9,362 nt of DNA, taken from IMG/VR virus record IMGVR_UViG_2541047897_000003, one strand, 5' to 3'. The notes under the pieces are model-generated. The model was not told where the DNA came from and searched no databases. It saw only the letters and a program-made list of their open reading frames with translations. Made by a program: the position numbers and the translations under genes. Origin of the DNA: a virus. Lineage: Duplodnaviria; Heunggongvirae; Uroviricota; Caudoviricetes. This document shows, piece by piece, positions 7,572 through 9,362 of this stretch (the first letter of the stretch is position 1; each line of letters begins with the position of its first letter).

Positions 7572-8102
7572 ATGGTTGATGCAAAAATTCTGAATGGTGT
7601 CAGCACATTATTACGGGCTTACGGACGCCTGACCTGCGGGGTTCTGGCTGAAAAAATGCAGATGCCATCCTCCGCGATGGTGTACTTCCTGCGTGATGCG
7701 GTTGATGCCGGAATGCTGACTGAACTTAATGGTTTTTACGACGTACCGCGTCCCCGTACAGAGCAGCCTGTAAGACGAAACACAACTGAGCAGCCTGCTG
7801 TTGATGATGCGGTGTGGTGCAACTGGCGTCGCTCATTACCCTGGGTGGAAGGTAATACTATCCCCGCGCTGGCAAAAGAGTTTGCAACAGGCGTGCTGAC
7901 CTGTGAGTCCGTTCACATCGTTGCAGAAGTGGATGACGAGATGTGCAAACAGGGAATGCCCCGTTTTGTGATGGCTTATATCGATATCCGGCTGGGGCGG
8001 TTTATTTGCAGTTCAAGCGCCTGGAATATCACCGACCATGTACTGCGTTATCTCATTCTTGATTGTTCTCCGGCTCCCGCAGCGGTGCAGGAGGTGGCGT
8101 GA
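7572..8102 (+). CDS. Hypothetical early protein (176 aa) with an N-terminal winged-helix-like segment
   Basis: GAGG 9 nt upstream of the ATG. N-terminus GVSTLLRAYGRLTCGVLAEKMQMPSSAMVYFLRDAVDAGMLTE looks like an HTH or winged helix. Stop TGA at 8100-8102 overlaps the next start. Confidence 0.6.
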   Translation: MVDAKILNGVSTLLRAYGRLTCGVLAEKMQMPSSAMVYFLRDAVDAGMLTELNGFYDVPRPRTEQPVRRNTTEQPAVDDAVWCNWRRSLPWVEGNTIPALAKEFATGVLTCESVHIVAEVDDEMCKQGMPRFVMAYIDIRLGRFICSSSAWNITDHVLRYLILDCSPAPAAVQEVA

Positions 8103-8632
8103 TGTTTTTTAAAACGTCAAATCCCGCAGCACTGCTGGCATGGGACCAGTTTATGGCGGACTGCCTGAAACTACGCGAAGAAGCCCGCCATCTTGATAAG
8201 GTTCTGGGCTGTGGTTGCCGGTCAGTATTCAGCACAGGTATTGGTGGGCGTCATTTTCATGGCGTGAATTTTCCGGGGAATGAGCGCCCCTTCTCGCGGG
8301 AGCTGTGGACCGTACAACGGCCCGCATCAGGTAACAGTTGCAGGCCCAGAACTTCGCGGATACCTGCTCATCTCAGGGAGCAGGCAAGAGAGCTGGCGAA
8401 AATATGGCAGGAGAATATTCCGGTCACTTACGCCCGCACAGATGCTCTCTTACCCGCACTGGGACTGGATTTCAGCGCAACAATATTCGGACCTCTCCAG
8501 TGGTTCCGTGTTGGTGATGTGATTTACGTCATGACGGGGATGACACCCGCACAAGGCCGCATGACTGAAATCCTTTCGGACGAATTTATCCGGGCGCAAA
8601 AACAGGCAGAGGTAAACAATGGAAAACAGTGA
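8102..8632 (+). CDS. Hypothetical early protein (176 aa)
   Basis: ATG at 8102 is preceded by a perfect AGGAGG (8089-8094) at 7 nt and overlaps the upstream stop (GTGATG). The track ORF 8063..8632 starts at an upstream TTG that lacks an RBS. Confidence 0.6.
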   Translation: MFFKTSNPAALLAWDQFMADCLKLREEARHLDKVLGCGCRSVFSTGIGGRHFHGVNFPGNERPFSRELWTVQRPASGNSCRPRTSRIPAHLREQARELAKIWQENIPVTYARTDALLPALGLDFSATIFGPLQWFRVGDVIYVMTGMTPAQGRMTEILSDEFIRAQKQAEVNNGKQ

Positions 8633-8810
8633 AACATCGTATTCGTGGCTGGGGAAATTTACCACGGTGAAACAGGAATGCCCGACCTGCGGTAATGAAT
8701 CCCCTGAATATCTGAAAGAGTGCCCTCATTGTGGCAGGCAGAAATGCAACCACTGCGATATGGGCGATGACACGGCGTGCATGAATTGTGAAGGTGAACA
8801 GAATGAATAA
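8619..8810 (+). CDS. Hypothetical small double zinc-ribbon protein (63 aa, four CxxC pairs)
   Basis: GAGG 7 nt upstream. Product contains CPTC...CPHC...CNHC...CMNC (four C-x2-C pairs) and an acidic C-terminus. Overlaps the upstream ORF by 14 nt. Confidence 0.55.
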   Translation: MENSETSYSWLGKFTTVKQECPTCGNESPEYLKECPHCGRQKCNHCDMGDDTACMNCEGEQNE

Positions 8811-9111
8811 TGGCGTATTTACAAAATCCGAGGAGCTGACAGCGTTGTTGACGGCGGCTGGTTTTCCTGAAGATGTGATCGGTAACTTTGTGGCGGCGGT
8901 ATATGCCCCGTCTTATAACCGTGCAATTGATGAGGTCATGGCGTACCGACTCGGCATTGTTGCTGAGTCACTGAGTCCTCACTGGATTATTGAAAATCTC
9001 CGCGCTATTGCTGATGGCAACGATAAATCAGCAGCCGTTGCTGCACTGGATGTGTTACGGCAAATGAGTCTGAAATTTTATCCTGAATTTATTCTGAGGA
9101 CCGCAAAATGA
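8803..9111 (+). CDS. Hypothetical early protein (~102 aa)
   Basis: ATG at 8803 overlaps the previous stop (8808-8810), with AAGGTG upstream; the track starts at GTG 8788. No recognisable motif. Confidence 0.5.
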   Translation: MNNGVFTKSEELTALLTAAGFPEDVIGNFVAAVYAPSYNRAIDEVMAYRLGIVAESLSPHWIIENLRAIADGNDKSAAVAALDVLRQMSLKFYPEFILRTAK

Positions 9112-9362
9112 ACAATGAAGATAAATTTACACCCCTTAATATTGATAACGTCATGGCTGAAAAAAGGATGCTGGAACGTGTTCGCGCTATCGTTGAATAT
9201 GGTATTAAGCACGCTCTCACTGCCAGAGAAGTTCGTGACATTATCAACCGCGAAATGAATCGTCTGGAAACAGTAGTGGCACTGCAAAATGAAACAGCCC
9301 GCGAGGAGTACATCCGCCGCAGGCTGGGGTTATCAGACCAGGATATTGTTACTGACGCTCAT
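9108..9362 (+). CDS. Hypothetical early protein, 5' part only (runs off the window end)
   Basis: ATG at 9108 overlaps the upstream stop (ATGA), with GAGG at 9096-9099. My own translation of the open frame to the window edge is MNNEDKFTPLNIDNVMAEKRMLERVRAIVEYGIKHALTAREVRDIINREMNRLETVVALQNETAREEYIRRRLGLSDQDIVTDAH.... It is absent from the ORF track because it has no stop within the window. Confidence 0.5.
   Translation, partial: MNNEDKFTPLNIDNVMAEKRMLERVRAIVEYGIKHALTAREVRDIINREMNRLETVVALQNETAREEYIRRRLGLSDQDIVTDAH

Larger units (their letters stand above)
1181..9362 (+). mobile_element. Mu-like transposable prophage, left ~8.2 kb (left end through early region); continues beyond the window
   Basis: Sequence from 1181 (TGTATTGATTCACTTGAAGTACGAAAAAAACCGGGAGG...) matches the bacteriophage Mu left end as I recall it. 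Gene order c (leftward), ner, A, B, kil-like, small ORFs, gam is the canonical Mu early layout. Right end is not in the window. Confidence 0.9.

Noticed and set aside
7167-9313. Minus-strand ORFs within gam and the downstream early block (7167..7442, 8053..8235, 8450..8665, 9078..9287, 9089..9313)
   Set aside because: Antisense to a tightly packed, translationally coupled plus-strand operon; no independent promoter or RBS evidence.
9108-9362. Calling the last partial ORF, or others in 7572-9362, GemA or Mor
   Set aside because: Position relative to the left end (~7.9 kb into the phage) is probably upstream of where gemA/mor lie in Mu, and I cannot recall their sequences well enough; left as hypothetical.
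1-9362. CRISPR arrays, tRNA or rRNA genes, IS elements
   Set aside because: No regularly spaced direct repeats, no tRNA-like cloverleaf candidates and no IS-type terminal inverted repeats were seen; the only mobile element is the Mu-like prophage itself.

Overview
The window holds the E. coli phosphoporin gene phoE on the minus strand (1-1056) with its Pho-box promoter, followed from position 1181 by the left ~8.2 kb of a Mu-like transposable prophage that runs off the right edge. The prophage shows the canonical Mu early layout: a left end with three transposase-binding sites, a leftward repressor gene c, a 200-bp operator/enhancer region, then rightward ner, transposase A, ATPase B, a kil-like ORF, four small uncharacterised ORFs, gam, and five more tightly coupled early ORFs. 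The repressor, Ner and the first ~60 residues of the transposase do not look like canonical Mu as I recall it and fit a heteroimmune D108-type module; the rest of A, B, gam and the left end look essentially Mu-identical. All protein and phage identifications are from memory of these families, not from a search. I see no tRNA, rRNA, CRISPR array or IS element. The most promising material for anything undescribed is the set of nine small accessory early ORFs (5678-6929 and 7572-9362), which include two cysteine-rich zinc-binding proteins and two putative DNA-binding proteins; their functions cannot be assigned from sequence alone.
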